NCBI GenBank assembly: GCA_964247055.1
Contig: OZ176050.1
Location: 12,400,001 to 12,464,000, forward strand
Length of the DNA: 64,000 nt
Source of the DNA: Paragordius varius
Lineage: Eukaryota > Animalia > Nematomorpha
Direction of reading: 5' to 3'
In this document: one piece after another, positions 13,901-26,951 of the stretch
Numbering within the stretch: position 1 is the first letter of the stretch
Layout of the letters: every line of letters begins with the position of its first letter
The notes under the pieces: generated by a model
Told to the model about the DNA's origin: nothing
The model's input: the letters and a program-made list of their open reading frames with translations, nothing else
Databases searched by the model: none
Made by a program: the position numbers and the translations under genes

Positions 13901-16900
13901 TATGGATTTTTGTAAAGCGGAATTTTATGCATCACAGAACACTAATTTTTTCATCCATATTGCATGAGTATTTGCTGAACTCAAACAGTATAAATTTGGA
14001 TACAAGTCACCGTATACTAAACAACATTATGTTGGATTACATTGATAATGCCCCTATGGTTAAATCACTTAATGCCTATCTTTCAATCAAGCCTCCTAAC
14101 ATCCCAACTGTCAAGCCATATTTATGGTATTTAACTACCAGTGGGAAACAAAACAGCCACATTTATAATCAACAAAACCTTCTTAGAAATGATATGTTGT
14201 GGGCAACAAATTTCCTGACAAATCTAAGAGCCTTCATCCATAATTAGTATGCTATTTTGGAAATATATTACATAAAAAAAATTTTGTGGTGTGATACATA
14301 AAGTGGTTTAAACTAATGTGACCAGATATTTTGAACTTTGACGCAGTACTTTACCCTTTTTAACCATCGGTGGGGTATATTACACAGTTTCCACATAAAA
14401 ACCAGATGAAATAAATACTGATAGGAAAATATCAGGATTAGGGCGTAATTTTTTCAAATATGCTTTATTACAAATAATATCACTAAAATACAACATAAAC
14501 TGCAAAAGCAAAACAATATTTTTAAAAATCTTAAATTTTTAGATGTGGGCTCTGAAAGTCCCAAATTTTTTGGCTCTTTTAAAATGGACTATTCTCTTAA
14601 AATAAAAAAAATTCCGACATTGTGCAATAATTTATATATACTTAATTTTGATATCTACTAAATATATTTTTTTAAAAATGTATGCTTTCAAAAATTTAAT
14701 TTCTAGCAAAATTTTGTTGAAGCCTACTTCATACTATTTTCAGCATGATGGAAACGATATAAACAGTTGAGATTTATAACACGTTGTATATATATATATA
14801 ATATGATAATGGTAACATTTTTCTCACTCAGAATTTTGATTAAAATATTCGTTCGTTTTCAAATTTATATTAATAAAATTGTGTTTTTTTTACAAAAATT
14901 CACCAAAATTTGCAAGTAAACAAACCTTTAAATTAAAATTCTGTCTATAGTAATGTGCAACATCATCGAATTATTTAGAAAAAGGGTTTTATTATATCTT
15001 AGAGCGTTATACCATTTCCATCATGCTTCAATAAAATATCAACCGATTAAAAATAGGCCCATCTTAGTTTTTTACCGCAAAAAGAACCATTTCTTTACAA
15101 ATTATGGGGTTCAGAGGGTACTATATTAAATTCTAAAATATTTTTTTTAATAAATAAAAGGTAATTAAAATATATTTATAAAAAAAATTTTAATTTCAAA
15201 AAGCAAAAGTGGGCGCAGTACAGTCGCAGTTTTTTCTGAAAACCCAGTACTGTACTCCGAAAAACAGCCTATACGGTCACATTAGTTTAAACAAAATTAT
15301 TAAAATGCAACTATTGATAAATTTGGGGATTTTGAACCAAAGATGATTTTTGCTTAAATTTGGCGTTTTAATTATTATCCGTTTTATCAACAAAGGGGTA
15401 AGAATTAAATCTAAGTTTATCAGCATTTGTCTCCTAATAATTGACTTTCGATTGATTCCCCATCATTAAATACCTAGAAAACTCTCCCTAGGAATAACTG
15501 TACACAAAATTGAATTGATATTATAGTTATTTTTTGCTATTATTTAATAAATACCCTTTAATATTTTTTTAGTTCCACAAATCATATCAAAATATACGAT
15601 GCCAATAAACGATATTATACGGAGTTAGGTATGTTGTATTTTATTTCTTTTTCCAGTATATTTTATAAAGCCCCCCCCCCCCCCTTTTTTCCGCAAAAAA
15701 TGACTTTTTAAATATATAAAAATCAAAAAGGGTTAATTGCATTTAAATATCTTTTAACAAGTAAAAACATCATTTAAAGATCCATTTTACTTAATTCAAT
15801 TATATGGGGGAAAATATAAATACAACAATTATAGGTGAAAACTACACCAAAGTGCAACAAAATTTTCAACATGATCGGATGACATTCTGGAACATTCTTG
15901 TGCCCATATTAAATCAACCCCATGTATTCCACAATCCACATAAAACTAATTTGGATGATAGGGAAAGTTTGACAACACCATATTCTAACAACGGGCATAG
16001 AAGACAAACACAAAAACACAGTAATAATAATGTGCAGCATTTACCTCATTCTCAATTAGAGGCACAAAATGGGGAGAGAATTGGTTTATACGCGAAACCT
16101 AAGTTAATAAGTAATGATGATACTGGTCTATCCGATTATTACTACAATCTTTTGGATCCGCCCGTGTTTGAGAATATTGGTGAATATGACAATGCCAATA
16201 TTGGAATAGAATCTAATGCCTGGCATTATGATACGTTAAACAGTAATGGACATCATACTTCAAATTTACCACCGCCTCCCCCTTTACCTCCCATGTCTAT
16301 ACCGCCTCAACTTCGAAAAACTTCTTATTTCGAAATGATGTTGACCAAAAAGTATTTGTTGGAACATCCAACATCTTTTCGCGGGGCCACCCGGATACTT
16401 TTTAACTCCAATCATTCAAAGTCTCGACCAGTTGGATTTGACGCGGCGGCTGATACTATAGGGAACCATTTGCCAACAATAACTCACCCATTCAGGGGTA
16501 AAGGAGTCGTAATGAGTAAACTTCATAATAAAGCTAGTAAAAGCCATGGCCAACGTATTTGGGCCAAAGTATGGAGCATTTTACGAAGTAATGCATTGAC
16601 CATAGCACTTTTGCTTGGAACTTTACTGCTGCTGTTTAACTTATTCATTCTGCTTGCCATATATCGTCAACGAAGGAAAACGGCATCAATATGTTCGCAT
16701 CATTCGGGTTCACCAGCTCAACAAGTGTGTATACCATCATCACCTACTCATACCATAAATGACAAAAATGGTGGTTTTAATTATACCACAACTTCTCAAA
16801 ATAACCGCTCTGATGGCATAAATAATAGCAAAAATGGAGAAAATGCTTACAGACGAGATAAAAGATTTAAATCAATGCGCACCCTGAAGAGATTAGGCAA

Positions 16901-18137
16901 TAGAATACCACATTGTGAATGCAGAGATGGTTGTTTTGAGATGTATAATAAGTGCAGCAAAAGTGTTGCAAATGAAAACAGTAAAAGTGCAAGCCCGACA
17001 ACTAATTTAGAGCATTTGACTAAGTCCACAACTAAATACCAATCAAAATACAAAACCAAAAATTTTGGTATCATGGGAGGAAGCAAAAAAATTAAGAAAT
17101 TTGGCAAATTTCGTTACAATAATCATGAGATTTCCAAATCCTTTATTGGCCATAACTTTAACAATGTTGGGAATGAGAATATTGATCGACCATTTAATAA
17201 ACAGGATGAAATTTCTGCAACTGATTTTATTTTTGATAATCAATGTTCTCAAACCGATGGTTCGATTAAGGATAAGGCTACTTATACCTCTACTATAAAT
17301 CCAATTAATGCCAATATTGTAGATTACTCTTCTTCACAAAATTACGGTTATATCTATGGGACAAAATATGAACATATAAATAATCCTTTACAAGCATCAT
17401 CTATAGGTAAAAATAATCCTGCATATTTTATGGAGCAAGATCAATTGAATAATGGTTTTGAGAATAGAAATAATGGTAAAAATGATGTCAATTATACATG
17501 TGTTAACAAAACTGGGATTCAGATTTCAAGTACCGCCGCATCAAATATTGATCAGAGTTATCAAATAAGATACAATGTTTGGGAAAGGAAAGATGAACCA
17601 TGTGTGACAAATTGCAATGATCTAACCCCATATTTACCTAGCAAAAGCTATTTCGGAAATAATCGAACTGGTAGTTTACGGAAGCCTACAACTCTAAATT
17701 TAAATACGAATAAAAATATCTCTGCACCATTAAATTTTTCATTAGAAAACAATAAAAAAGTTTCTCCCATTTTACTTTCGAGTGGTCTCCAAAAAATTAA
17801 CGGTCCATCCCCCGGACAATTATCAACTACTGATGAATTAAACAGCATTCCAGATCACCTGATTCCACCACCTCCACCTTTGCACACCTTGTCAAACTTT
17901 CCCAACAACCCTAATAATTTGATTTTAAAAACACCGAGTATCGAAAAAAGTTTAGATATCCCCTTGCAAAACCATACAAATTATAATATTCAACATAACA
18001 TGACTCCTAATTCGTTTTTAAATACCAATCATGAACGACGCAAAAGGCTATACCGATCTGAGGAAATTGAAGGTAACTTAACTATTGCTGAGTTTATTAG
18101 AGTAAAATATAGCATAATTATTTTTAGTCTCTTTTAG
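4680..18137 (+). CDS. nlg: Neuroligin-like cell-adhesion protein (non-catalytic carboxylesterase/cholinesterase fold, TM, long tail). Coding exons 4680-5526, 11640-11774, 12592-12777, 13361-14246, 15573-15628, 15835-18137; about 1470 aa
   Basis: All junctions are GT-AG and phase-compatible. Motifs occur in the expected order: YLGIKFA..RRFMPP..WKG..NAT..GPICPQ, NEDCLNLNLYIP | KPVVLML..AIIITFNIRLGIFG | FF..[33 protein letters not shown] | DKFNNLILIGS..QCLKK..WKPYLD | YDANKRYYTELG | HDRMTFWNILVPIL, then TM ALTIALLLGTLLLLFNLFILLAIY-RQRRK. The start codon and extreme C-terminus are less certain. Confidence 0.9.
6537..6794. mobile_element. MITE family A copy
   Basis: Same TIR motifs (AAATTATACGGCAAAACG ... 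TTTTGTCCGTATAAAG..TTTTACTGTA). Confidence 0.8.
7268..7487. mobile_element. hAT (Charlie-like) MITE
   Basis: TIRs CAGGTATGTCCAAC / GTTGGACATCCCTG; 8-bp TSD TTTTAGAT / TTTTAGTT. Confidence 0.8.
7864..7896. repeat. (TA)n microsatellite
   Basis: Direct reading. Confidence 0.9.
10020..11177 (-). mobile_element. Decayed near-full-length mariner transposon in neuroligin intron 1
   Basis: Minus-strand remnants: MSNFVPSEK (ATG 11021), EKW, STTKPNRLSKKTMLCVWLDQ, ILLHDNAL..TLQSLQWE..SPDL, AGGQYFE*. The right end TACACCTGG|TA matches the 93-854 copy; the left boundary is approximate. Confidence 0.85.
12783..13312. mobile_element. Two tandem MITE family A copies (12783-13038 and about 13045-13312) filling neuroligin intron 3
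   Basis: Each copy has AAGACAAATATTT..AACAACCATATTTTT and inverted AAATATTTGTC..TTTTACT ends. Confidence 0.75.
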
Positions 18138-18339
18138 GTGATAGAATTATAATAAATTTTGTAATTGATCTTATTTAAAAATAATAGGAAGGTTAATTGG
18201 TACAGTAGATTCCAGCGTTTTTTTAAATTTTATGAACGCCATCTTACCTTTGGCTCTTTGAGTGTTGATGCGAAGTTTATTCATCCATTTTAGTAGTACA
18301 AAAGAAGAATCATTATACGGCTATAAGGAATGAGATAGA

Positions 18340-19044
18340 CCTCGATTTACTCGGTAAATGGGTCGCACACAATTTGATTGAGTTTTATGTCAAATCGCAA
18401 AGTGATATGTGGAATTGAGTTTAAACCTCATGAAAGACAATCTTTTTTGACACCCACTTGTAACGTGTAATGAGTGGCATCATTTTGTAAATCCAAAGCG
18501 GAAAAATGATGGATTTTATCCTGCTAGGAACACCAAAGCCAAATAGCATAGGCAGGTAGACCATGCTCGGTGCAAAGTAGCACCCATTCAATATATGTAT
18601 TTATAGACTTTTGAAGCCTTATTAAACTGTTAATAGACAATGCTATCGTTAAAAAAAAGATTTAATTGAAAAGCGACCGGAATGGGCCCAGACGGTATGG
18701 CAAAGTACTTTGGCCACATGACAATACACCGTCTCATACAGCAAAATTATTGAAACCTTGAAGTCGTTTGGATGGAAATATTTTTTCGCCTCCGTTAAAT
18801 TATCCAGACCTAGCGCAATAGACTTATACATCTCTACTTCAATATGGCACACCCTTTAAGAGCAGCGCTTAGACGCTAGGAAATGACTTAAGAATGGTTT
18901 CAAAGACAATCAGTTTTTCTGGCATAGCATTCATATATTGCCTGAGAGATAGGTGAAATATGTAGAAGCCGGTGGACAATAAATAAATGATTTTTTTTAA
19001 TATTAATTTTTTTACAACCGATAAAAACTTATAACCAGACCTAA
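18340..19044 (+). mobile_element. Decayed 5'-truncated mariner transposon
   Basis: Plus-strand remnants LGKWVAHNL, NPKRK, LIEKRPEWARRYGKVLWPHDNTPSHTAK, TLKSFGW..PDLA, FWHSIHILPER, VEAGGQ. The 3' end AAAAACTTATAACCAGACCTAA is mariner-TIR-like; the 5' boundary is approximate. Confidence 0.8.
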
Positions 19045-20472
19045 AAAATATACATTATGCATAAACTAAGGTGTTGTCAGCTTTGCTGAAATTTGGCCAT
19101 ATTCATCTTCTTAATTTTATCCTGGTGTTATTCGATGCGTTATAGGCGGCAAAAAGTTTGCGATACAATATATTTTAATTATTTTGCATGATCTTTTTGA
19201 AATAGCTTATTGGCAACAAACTAACACAAAAGCATATTCAAATAAAACAACTATATATACAATTTTTATCATCTTTAGACGACTCGAATTCTCCAAAATG
19301 TTTCGCGGGAACTGGCATTCAAGAGGTGCAAGTGTAAAATATATCGAAATCAATGTATGTTAGCAAATTATCTCTCTTTTTATGTAATATTACCCAATGT
19401 TTGTGCATTTACCTTATAATTATTTTACATAAAAAGTATAATACTTATGTAATAAATATCTTAAATGTGATAGGTTATCGAATAGTTTACCCTGACTCAT
19501 AAATTATTAAAAATTATCAAGTAATTTCACAGGTATGGAAATCTGCATATTTTATCAAGCGTGTAGTTTAGTTTCTCAAAGTAATAACAAGTGGCATATA
19601 TTCTTCATAATATTTTGTCATTTTTAATTTGTGTGAAAAATATGGGCTTTGAACCACCACCATAATTCACCCCTGGCTTAAGGGATTAAAGCAAAACTGA
19701 TTCCGATGAATCAGAAAATTATTTACTAATTTTTTAAGATACTTATTTGACTATGTATATTTGCAAATGTGTCAAACAGGCTATAAAATTTTACCGGTAT
19801 TATGGCTCTTGAGAAAAGAAAAATATTATTTTTTGACCCGTTAAAATTTTTTGGTTGGTAGCAATGGTTTAAATACAAATAGTTTTTTGAGAACTATGGT
19901 CGGGCTTTAATGTTTTTAACAACTTCAGTTAGAGCTTTAAAATCACATGGGCGGTTTCTTACACAAGATAGGTGTTATGTATGATAGTTTTCTCCAACAG
20001 CGATGAATGCCAAACTACAATAATTTTATAAATATACATTAATAGCAAAAACTATTCGGCACCTTAATTTATAATCCTAAAAATATATTTCATAAAATTA
20101 TAACGATCTAAATAAGCGAATATGGAAAAGGAAGTTTTGAAATATAAAATTACTATGAGGAGCAAAAAGCCGATGTACATTGAGCGCCAAAATCAAATTA
20201 TAAGCAGTATTGCTTTAATTGATTCAGTGTTATTAAATTTAAGTGGGATTCCAAAAAATTTCCCAGTTTCTCTTCTATTAACGATTGTTAAAAAATCGCC
20301 CTTTTTTAATATTGATTCGATGGAAAATCTGCACAAACGCGTAAAGCCCATTTTAAATGGCAATTATGTTTCATGGGATTAAAATTAAAATATTTGCTTT
20401 TAGTGAAATGATTAAAGGAGAGTAAATCTTAAAAACAATATTTTTATTATAATTTATGTGTATAATTTGATA

Positions 20473-20938
20473 TATACCGTTTGCACTTCAAGAGTGTCCT
20501 TGAACATTTAAAGTTAGTTCTTAAAATTTTTAAGTTTGGATTTAACCATAAATTTGGCATGTATTTATTTGTTTTATTAATGTCTGCCCTAATTTTCTTG
20601 ATTTATTGAATATTTATTTATTTAAAATTAATATTTTTTATTTAAAAACTAATTTTAGTTTTGAACTTTTTACTAATTCCACAACATGATTAGATAAATG
20701 TTTTCAACGATTAATTGTAATAAATAACCCAAAAACTGATATTTTTTCAATTAAATGTTAAAATATTAAAATTAATATATTTTTTAAAATAATCGGATTT
20801 TGATTTAAAAGTTGGGTTGAATCAAGAGAATTTAAAAATAATAAAATTATGATATACGGTTTTGATAAAATCAAAAGCAACTTGAAATTTAAGGACTAAC
20901 TTGAAGTGTTTAAGGACACTCGTAAGTGCAAATGTATA
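20473..20938. mobile_element. MITE with ~45-bp TIRs (TA-flanked)
   Basis: TTTGCACTTCAAGAGTGTCCTTGAACATTTAAAGTTAG is inverted to CTAACTTGAAGTGTTTAAGGACACTCGTAAGTGCAAA. Confidence 0.7.
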
Positions 20939-20979
20939 CAATGAATCAGCATTAGAAACGAAAGTTTTTCCGACCTCAA

Positions 20980-22076
20980 ATCTATATATTTATAAAAATG
21001 GAAAGTGGTGGCTTTGTGATCTGTTTCCGGAAAACCGGTAGACCCATTCAAATCCAAATGTCGAAAAAATATAATCATTAATGAATGCTCCGACAATAGC
21101 TTCGCCCTTTTCACCCCGTGTAAAAAACGGGTTACACATGTCCACAAAAATCATGTCTTTGAGGCAATTTTCCGGAAAACGTGTTGGACCATTTGATTTC
21201 AAATATGATATTTATTTGCTTTTTATCAATCGCGCCGAACATAGTCGGCTCGCTTTTTTAGTTTAGGCTCTCTTTTTACCCACTCCCCCCGTAAAATGCC
21301 ACTTTTTTTAAAAAAAATAAGTCCACAAAAATAATTTTTTAAATCTATCTTTCGCTCAAAGTATACCGTAAAAATTTAATAAGGATTCCAGTTCCCTGTT
21401 AAAAGGCAAAAATTTTAGTCATGCGTTTCTTTAATGATAGCTGATGGGTAAGGAGATACCCGCTAAAAACTGACCCGCCATATCGAAATGGCGAGCGCTG
21501 AATTTCAGAAAACCTATCAGGCCATACAATATCTGCTTAAAGTATTACCCGTAACAAGGCAAAAATCTAGGTCTTGTGTTTTAAAATTAGCCGTTAATTA
21601 AGCCCTTCACGCCCTGAAAAATGCGCCACCATAGAATGATTTTTTAATTTTGAGGAAATTTTTCCTAAAACTAATGAGAGCATATGGAATCAATTATGAT
21701 TCCAGGTATTTTCCGTAAAAAGGCAAAAATTTTAAACAAACGCTTTTTTTGTATCAGCTTCTGGGTAGGGAGCTACCCGTATAAAGCTGCGCCACTTTAT
21801 AGGAATTACGTTGTTTTGGAACTAATTTAAAGAAAACCTATCAGGCCATATGAGTTCAATAGGTGCTCGTAACAAGGCAAAAATTTAGGTCGTGCGGTTT
21901 TTTAAAATTGCCTTTTATTATGTATGCTATTTGGAAATAATTAATGACTTTCTAGCAATGTATATATTCATCTATATATTTATAAAAATGGAAAGTGGTG
22001 GCTTTGTGATGTGTTTCTGGAAAACCGGTAGACCCATTCAAATCCAAATGTCGAAAAATATAATCATTAATGAATG
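20980..22076. repeat. Near-identical ~108-bp direct repeats (20980-21087, 21970-22076) flanking diverged internal ~190-bp repeats
   Basis: ATCTATATATTTATAAAAATGGAAAGTGGTGGCTTTGTGAT...AATCATTAATGAATG occurs twice. The internal units AAGGCAAAAATTT..GAAAACCTATCAGGCCATA..CGTAACAAGGCAAAAAT lie at about 21400-21592 and 21718-21912. Confidence 0.85.
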
Positions 22077-25056
22077 TATACGTGTTCAATAAAGGCTTTA
22101 AATAATACCCATAAAAAGGTAAAAATTATAGTGTAGCGGTTTTTTCAGTTGGCCGTCAATTTGGGGCCTTTACACCATTAAACAATATATTAGTATGAAT
22201 GCACCGTTTAGATAATCCTATGAGATCATAGCTATTAAATTATTCGAAATAATCCACATATATGGATCATTTTATTGATCCCTTTTTTCAAACAGCCCCC
22301 CTCCCCCCAGAAGTCCGAAGGACTTTCTCAGGCTGCATAGCAGCACGAGATTTACGCTAGTTATTTTATAAAATACAACAGCTTTTTTTTGCTACAAGTT
22401 TTTTATGGCTCGAAATTTGCGATTCAAACCAATATATTAAAAGGGTAGACACTTTTTCAAAATAAAATTGAAAATAATATTTTTTGTATACTAATTCATT
22501 TTTGAACATAAGACATTTTGGATATTAGAGAACAATGTTATCTATCCCGTCTAACGACCTATTCTTTCAAGTTAACCCCAAATCATCACTTTTTTAATTG
22601 ATGCAAAAGCTTAACCCAAATATAGCGCGTTTTTTTAATTTGGAAGCCAATCAAAACCATTTAAGCATATTAATTTATATGGATGAAATAAAAATTAATT
22701 TTAATTGAAAGAGAATATCATTAATAATATTAACAGGATCCAAATTATTTTTGTAGCCTAAAATTCATTGTTTTATTAACTCAACGGCTGCATTCACTTT
22801 TCGGCGTAGATCAGTTGGGTTCACACTGTCCAATCAGCTCTTTCAAATTTTTGGGTGTGTTTTAAGCCGTAAATCGCACGGTTAACATTTTTCGTGTCAC
22901 CAATTAATTTTTTACATTTTATTATAAGAAGTTTATTAAAAAAGATCAGTTTAGAAAAATTATATATTCAAAACTGAAAATAGTGTTTTTATTTTTTACA
23001 TAAGTTAATTTCATATGAAAATTATTGTAATTAAAATATTTTTTATCAAAAAAAACGTTTATGATTGTAACAATATAATTTTATGTACACTAATAACATC
23101 ATTAGGAATTTTTTAACCCAGGTCTTTAATCAATTTTATTGGTTTTTAAACTGCCTGTCTTTTTAAACGTCTTCCATATTAAATTACAAGGTTGGAAAAC
23201 ATGGTCCAATAAATATGTAAAGACTGTGTAAGACAATGACCCTCAAAAGGAAGGCGCGATAAAGAATTTAATTAAAAATAAAATTAAAAACAAATAGAAG
23301 GGTTTCAGTATGAATTATCGAGATTTGTCACCGATATGGAAAAGATATTTCAAATAATTTAGATAAAAAGATCTCATTGATTGGAATTTCTATAATATTA
23401 TAATATATAATTTACATTTTTATCTTGGATTTTTTTGAGAGGGGCGCGCAAGAATTCTTATTTTCACTTTGGTGGGACGTTAACAAATAAAAGTTGGGAA
23501 CCACTGGAGAAGATAACGCGCTCTTATCTATATTTCAGGGTGACCTTTTGCAAAAGCTTTTATATTGTGACTACATTCCAATAGTTTGTAAACAGTAGGG
23601 ATGGCAAAGCTTAGCGAATTTATGAATATTCTAGAAAAATATTTAAACGGTTCGCACATTACATTTATATACTATAAAATTATTGATTTTGGTTTGAAAA
23701 TGAATACTAGACAATTGACTATTTTGCAAGCACCACTTATAACAATTTAAAAATATATACTAATTTTATTGATATTATTTTGGATCTTCCTAATAATAAT
23801 TTTACTAATCACGGATTTTCCAAAAAAAATACACTATTTTTTATACCTAAGTAATAAAAAATTTTTATAATATTAAATTCGCATCATTTAATAAGCGTTA
23901 TGCAAATATGTCACTTGTATGCGAAGCAGAATAAAATAGATGGCGTAAAATTTATTTATATAGATATATTATTTTATATGTATATATATATACATATATA
24001 TAATATATTTATACTTTTGTATATTCATATAAAACAATACAAAAATGAGTAAATATTTTGTAGATTTAAGTGTCGGCTTTCAGAATCTACATAGTTATTG
24101 ATATCTTAGTTATTTCTTCGACTTATAAGGGTTTTTCTCTATGGTTGATTCTTAAACAATCGACCTAGTGGATAATTTTTATTTTAAATTTGAATAAACG
24201 CTAAAAATACGGTAAATTTTAAATTAAAAACATACCATCTTATAAAACAGCTAGGTTTTAAACATAGATTTCATATGAAAGCATGAATATGAATTATAAA
24301 CAGTATCCACCAATTCGTTGTTAATTTAAACATTATTACTAAGGTGACCAGATTTTTTGAAGGAAAAAGCGGGACAAATCTGAGAGGGGGGGTCATTGGG
24401 GCGTACAACCAAAAATTTTTATACAAAAAATTTATTGTAATATTTATTTATTTTAACACAAATACATTATAAATATAAAAAAATTGTACCTTACAGGTTG
24501 TTTGTACCTTATTCAATAAATTTACATGTGCACGATCAAAGGGTGAAGTGATTGTAATATTCTAGAAAAAAGTAATTAAGACGAAATCATTAAAAAGTGC
24601 GCTGGGGGATGCAAGAAGCGGCACAAAAAATATTTTTAACAATTTAGCGAATAATCTTAATCAAAACATTATTGGCAGATACACAACGCTATTCAAACAG
24701 CTACTGATTTGTTACCCCTGGATGTGGAAAATATAGATGTTACTGTTTAGCTCTTTTGCCAGCGATTGAAATATTAAAGGTCAAAATTCTAAGTCAAAAA
24801 AGGTTAGAAAATAATTTTATACCATTACCTAATCGCAATATTATAAAGCATCCAGAAAAACAAGGCTCAATGAATAGCTAGAATATAAAAATGTTTTATA
24901 CAAACAGAAACGATTATTTGGAAGACAAGACGGTGCACAATGACACTTTTTTATGAAGTCTCATTATTATAAATATATTGAATGAAAACTTATATTATGG
25001 ACAACAGAAAAAAATACTTAGGATAGAAATGGCTAAAAAATTCATTTTTAAACAAA

Positions 25057-25555
25057 TTATGTTCCATACAATAATATTTTAAGTGTAGAATTTGCATTAT
25101 CTTTACCTGAACCACTGCTGTATTTCAGAAAATGCATGTGGCGAAAGGACATTGCACACAATGGCTTCAGCCTTTGTACGAGCACATGTAAATTTTTTAT
25201 GGAATAACTTGCGAACAACTTGTGAGGTAAATCCATAGATCTAAAGGAATGATTATGATAAACGGCGTGAAAAGATAAAACGCCTTCGGCTAGTGCCAAA
25301 TTCTTTTCTTCCTCTCCAAAAGCGGTTTTTCGATGAAAATCGCTTAATTTGTAAGATGATGCCGCCATATCCAAACATTTTTTTTATTTTCTGTGTTTCC
25401 ATATGCTTTGTAATATCATGCTTTCCGCCATGTTCTATGGTGAATTCCCCCTCGCATATAAGACATTTAACAGATGATTCAATCTTCGTTTTTTTCATAT
25501 AAGGAAAATCTTTCATTAATTCATCGTTGAATTTAAAACCTCTTTTTGAGCTCAT
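25057..25555 (-). pseudogene. Frameshifted hAT transposase N-terminal fragment
   Basis: BED-like zinc-finger remnant KCLICEGEFTIEHGGKHDITKH (25253-25555 frame) shifts into AEGVLSFHAVYHNHSFRSMD (25057-25374 frame); the catalytic core is absent. Confidence 0.8.
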
Positions 25556-25607
25556 ATTTATAAACTACTATAAGTAAAATAAATATTATATTGCCTTTAT
25601 TTTCTAA

Positions 25608-25830
25608 AATAAACGTGTAAGGTACCGATTTGTGGTATCAATTTGTCTTTTAAGCTCCGATTTGTGGTATTAATTTGGCTTTTTAAAAATGTTGGCAAGT
25701 AATAAAACTAAAATATTTGTATAATAAATTTTATTACCTTAATTTTCTGGAATAAACGTGTAAGGTACCGATTTGTGGTATCAATTCGTCTTTTAATCTA
25801 GAGATTTGTGGTATTAACGCTTGGCTTTTT
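25608..25830. repeat. Tandem ~80-bp duplication inside the hAT element
   Basis: AATAAACGTGTAAGGTACCGATTTGTGGTATCAATT at 25608 and 25751, each with a second GATTTGTGGTATT subunit. Confidence 0.85.
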
Positions 25831-26951
25831 GATAATCAGTAGTAGTAGAAAGGAAGTGTATAATCATATGATATAAATTCGGGAAAAATAAATAATTTAA
25901 ATTTAAAAATAAAAAATTTTAATTTAAAATTTAGATTTTAAAGATACTTAATGATAAAAAATTTAAACGGATAAAAAAAATTTATTTATATTAAAAAAAA
26001 TTTTTTTTATATAATCGTGAAAAAGCGGGACATTTTAAAAAGTAGCGGGACGCGGGACAAAGTGTGAAAAAGCGGGAATGTCCCGCCAAAAGCGGGACGT
26101 CTGGTCACCTTAATTATTACTTTAACCCAGTGGTACTCACCAAACAAGGGCCATATTACCGATATAATTGTAATACTGTTTGACAATTTTGAGATATTTA
26201 TACTCAAATAAGCAGTTCAGGGCCATAAAAAGTTTATAATGTTTTTTTATATTTTAGGGGAAATATCCGACTTCTAAAAGTATATATAAAACCGAGAAAA
26301 AAGCAAATTCGATAACTATGTTGATACTGAAAGAGCGATGTCGTCATAAAATCATTTGTCGTCCAATTTTTTGTTTTTATGCTTAGTATTCCCGTTTATA
26401 AAAAGCTAAAACTGTACCTCTTTTGTATTGTAATTATACTACAGAGTTTTTTTACGCTCCATCAACTGATATATGTTTTGTGACAAATTATTATATTTAG
26501 TTTAGTTATTATAATGTACAAATTAGACCTAAATGAATATTATTTTTAAAAAGAAAATCATTTTTTTATATAACCTAGTTGGAAACTTATTTTTTTTGTT
26601 TTTCACCCTACTACAGCACAATTTAGCAGAAAACGCAAAAAATATAACCTTGCTGTCTAGTGTATTTATTAAATATATAATTATTAGGACAGTGAAATAG
26701 ATTAATTGATGATATAGTAAAGTAATGCATGTTTAATTACATAATAAAAATATTACAATGTTTCCACACGTATGACTGTAGTGGATATATAAAAACATTC
26801 AATATAAGGTAAAAAAACTCTAATCAATATACAAATTAAGAATTAAATTTGGATTGCAGCAAGGCACGCATTCCTTCAGCTAGTAAATATTAGGATCAGC
26901 CCGAATTATTTTATAAATAAATATTCTCTAAAATTATTTCTTAGTGTTATC

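Larger units (their letters stand above)
24340..26112 (-). mobile_element. hAT DNA transposon (Blackjack-like TIR), internally deleted, non-autonomous
   Basis: TIRs TAAGGTGACCAGA / TCTGGTCACCTTA and a perfect 8-bp TSD ATTATTAC (24332-24339, 26113-26120). Subterminal GCGGGAC repeats; frameshifted transposase N-terminus on the minus strand. Confidence 0.92.

Noticed and set aside
16847-17848. Antisense and alternate-frame ORFs within the neuroligin last exon (similarly in the kekkon-like, numb and gag-pol exons)
   Set aside because: They are shadows of long real coding frames and have no recognisable motifs.
18649-18852. Minus-strand ORF resembling a transposase, suggesting an internal inversion in the mariner copy
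   Set aside because: The plus strand reads continuous mariner motifs (EKRPEW..HDNTPSHTAK..PDLA) across this stretch, so the minus ORF is coincidental.
20122-20382. 86-aa ORF MEKEVLKYK...
   Set aside because: No recognisable domain or splice context; it lies among TE debris.
23470-23545. Orphan hAT-like ends (GTTGGGAACCACTG at about 23493-23506; CAGGGTGACC at 23536)
   Set aside because: No partner TIR or TSD could be identified, so element boundaries are unsupported.
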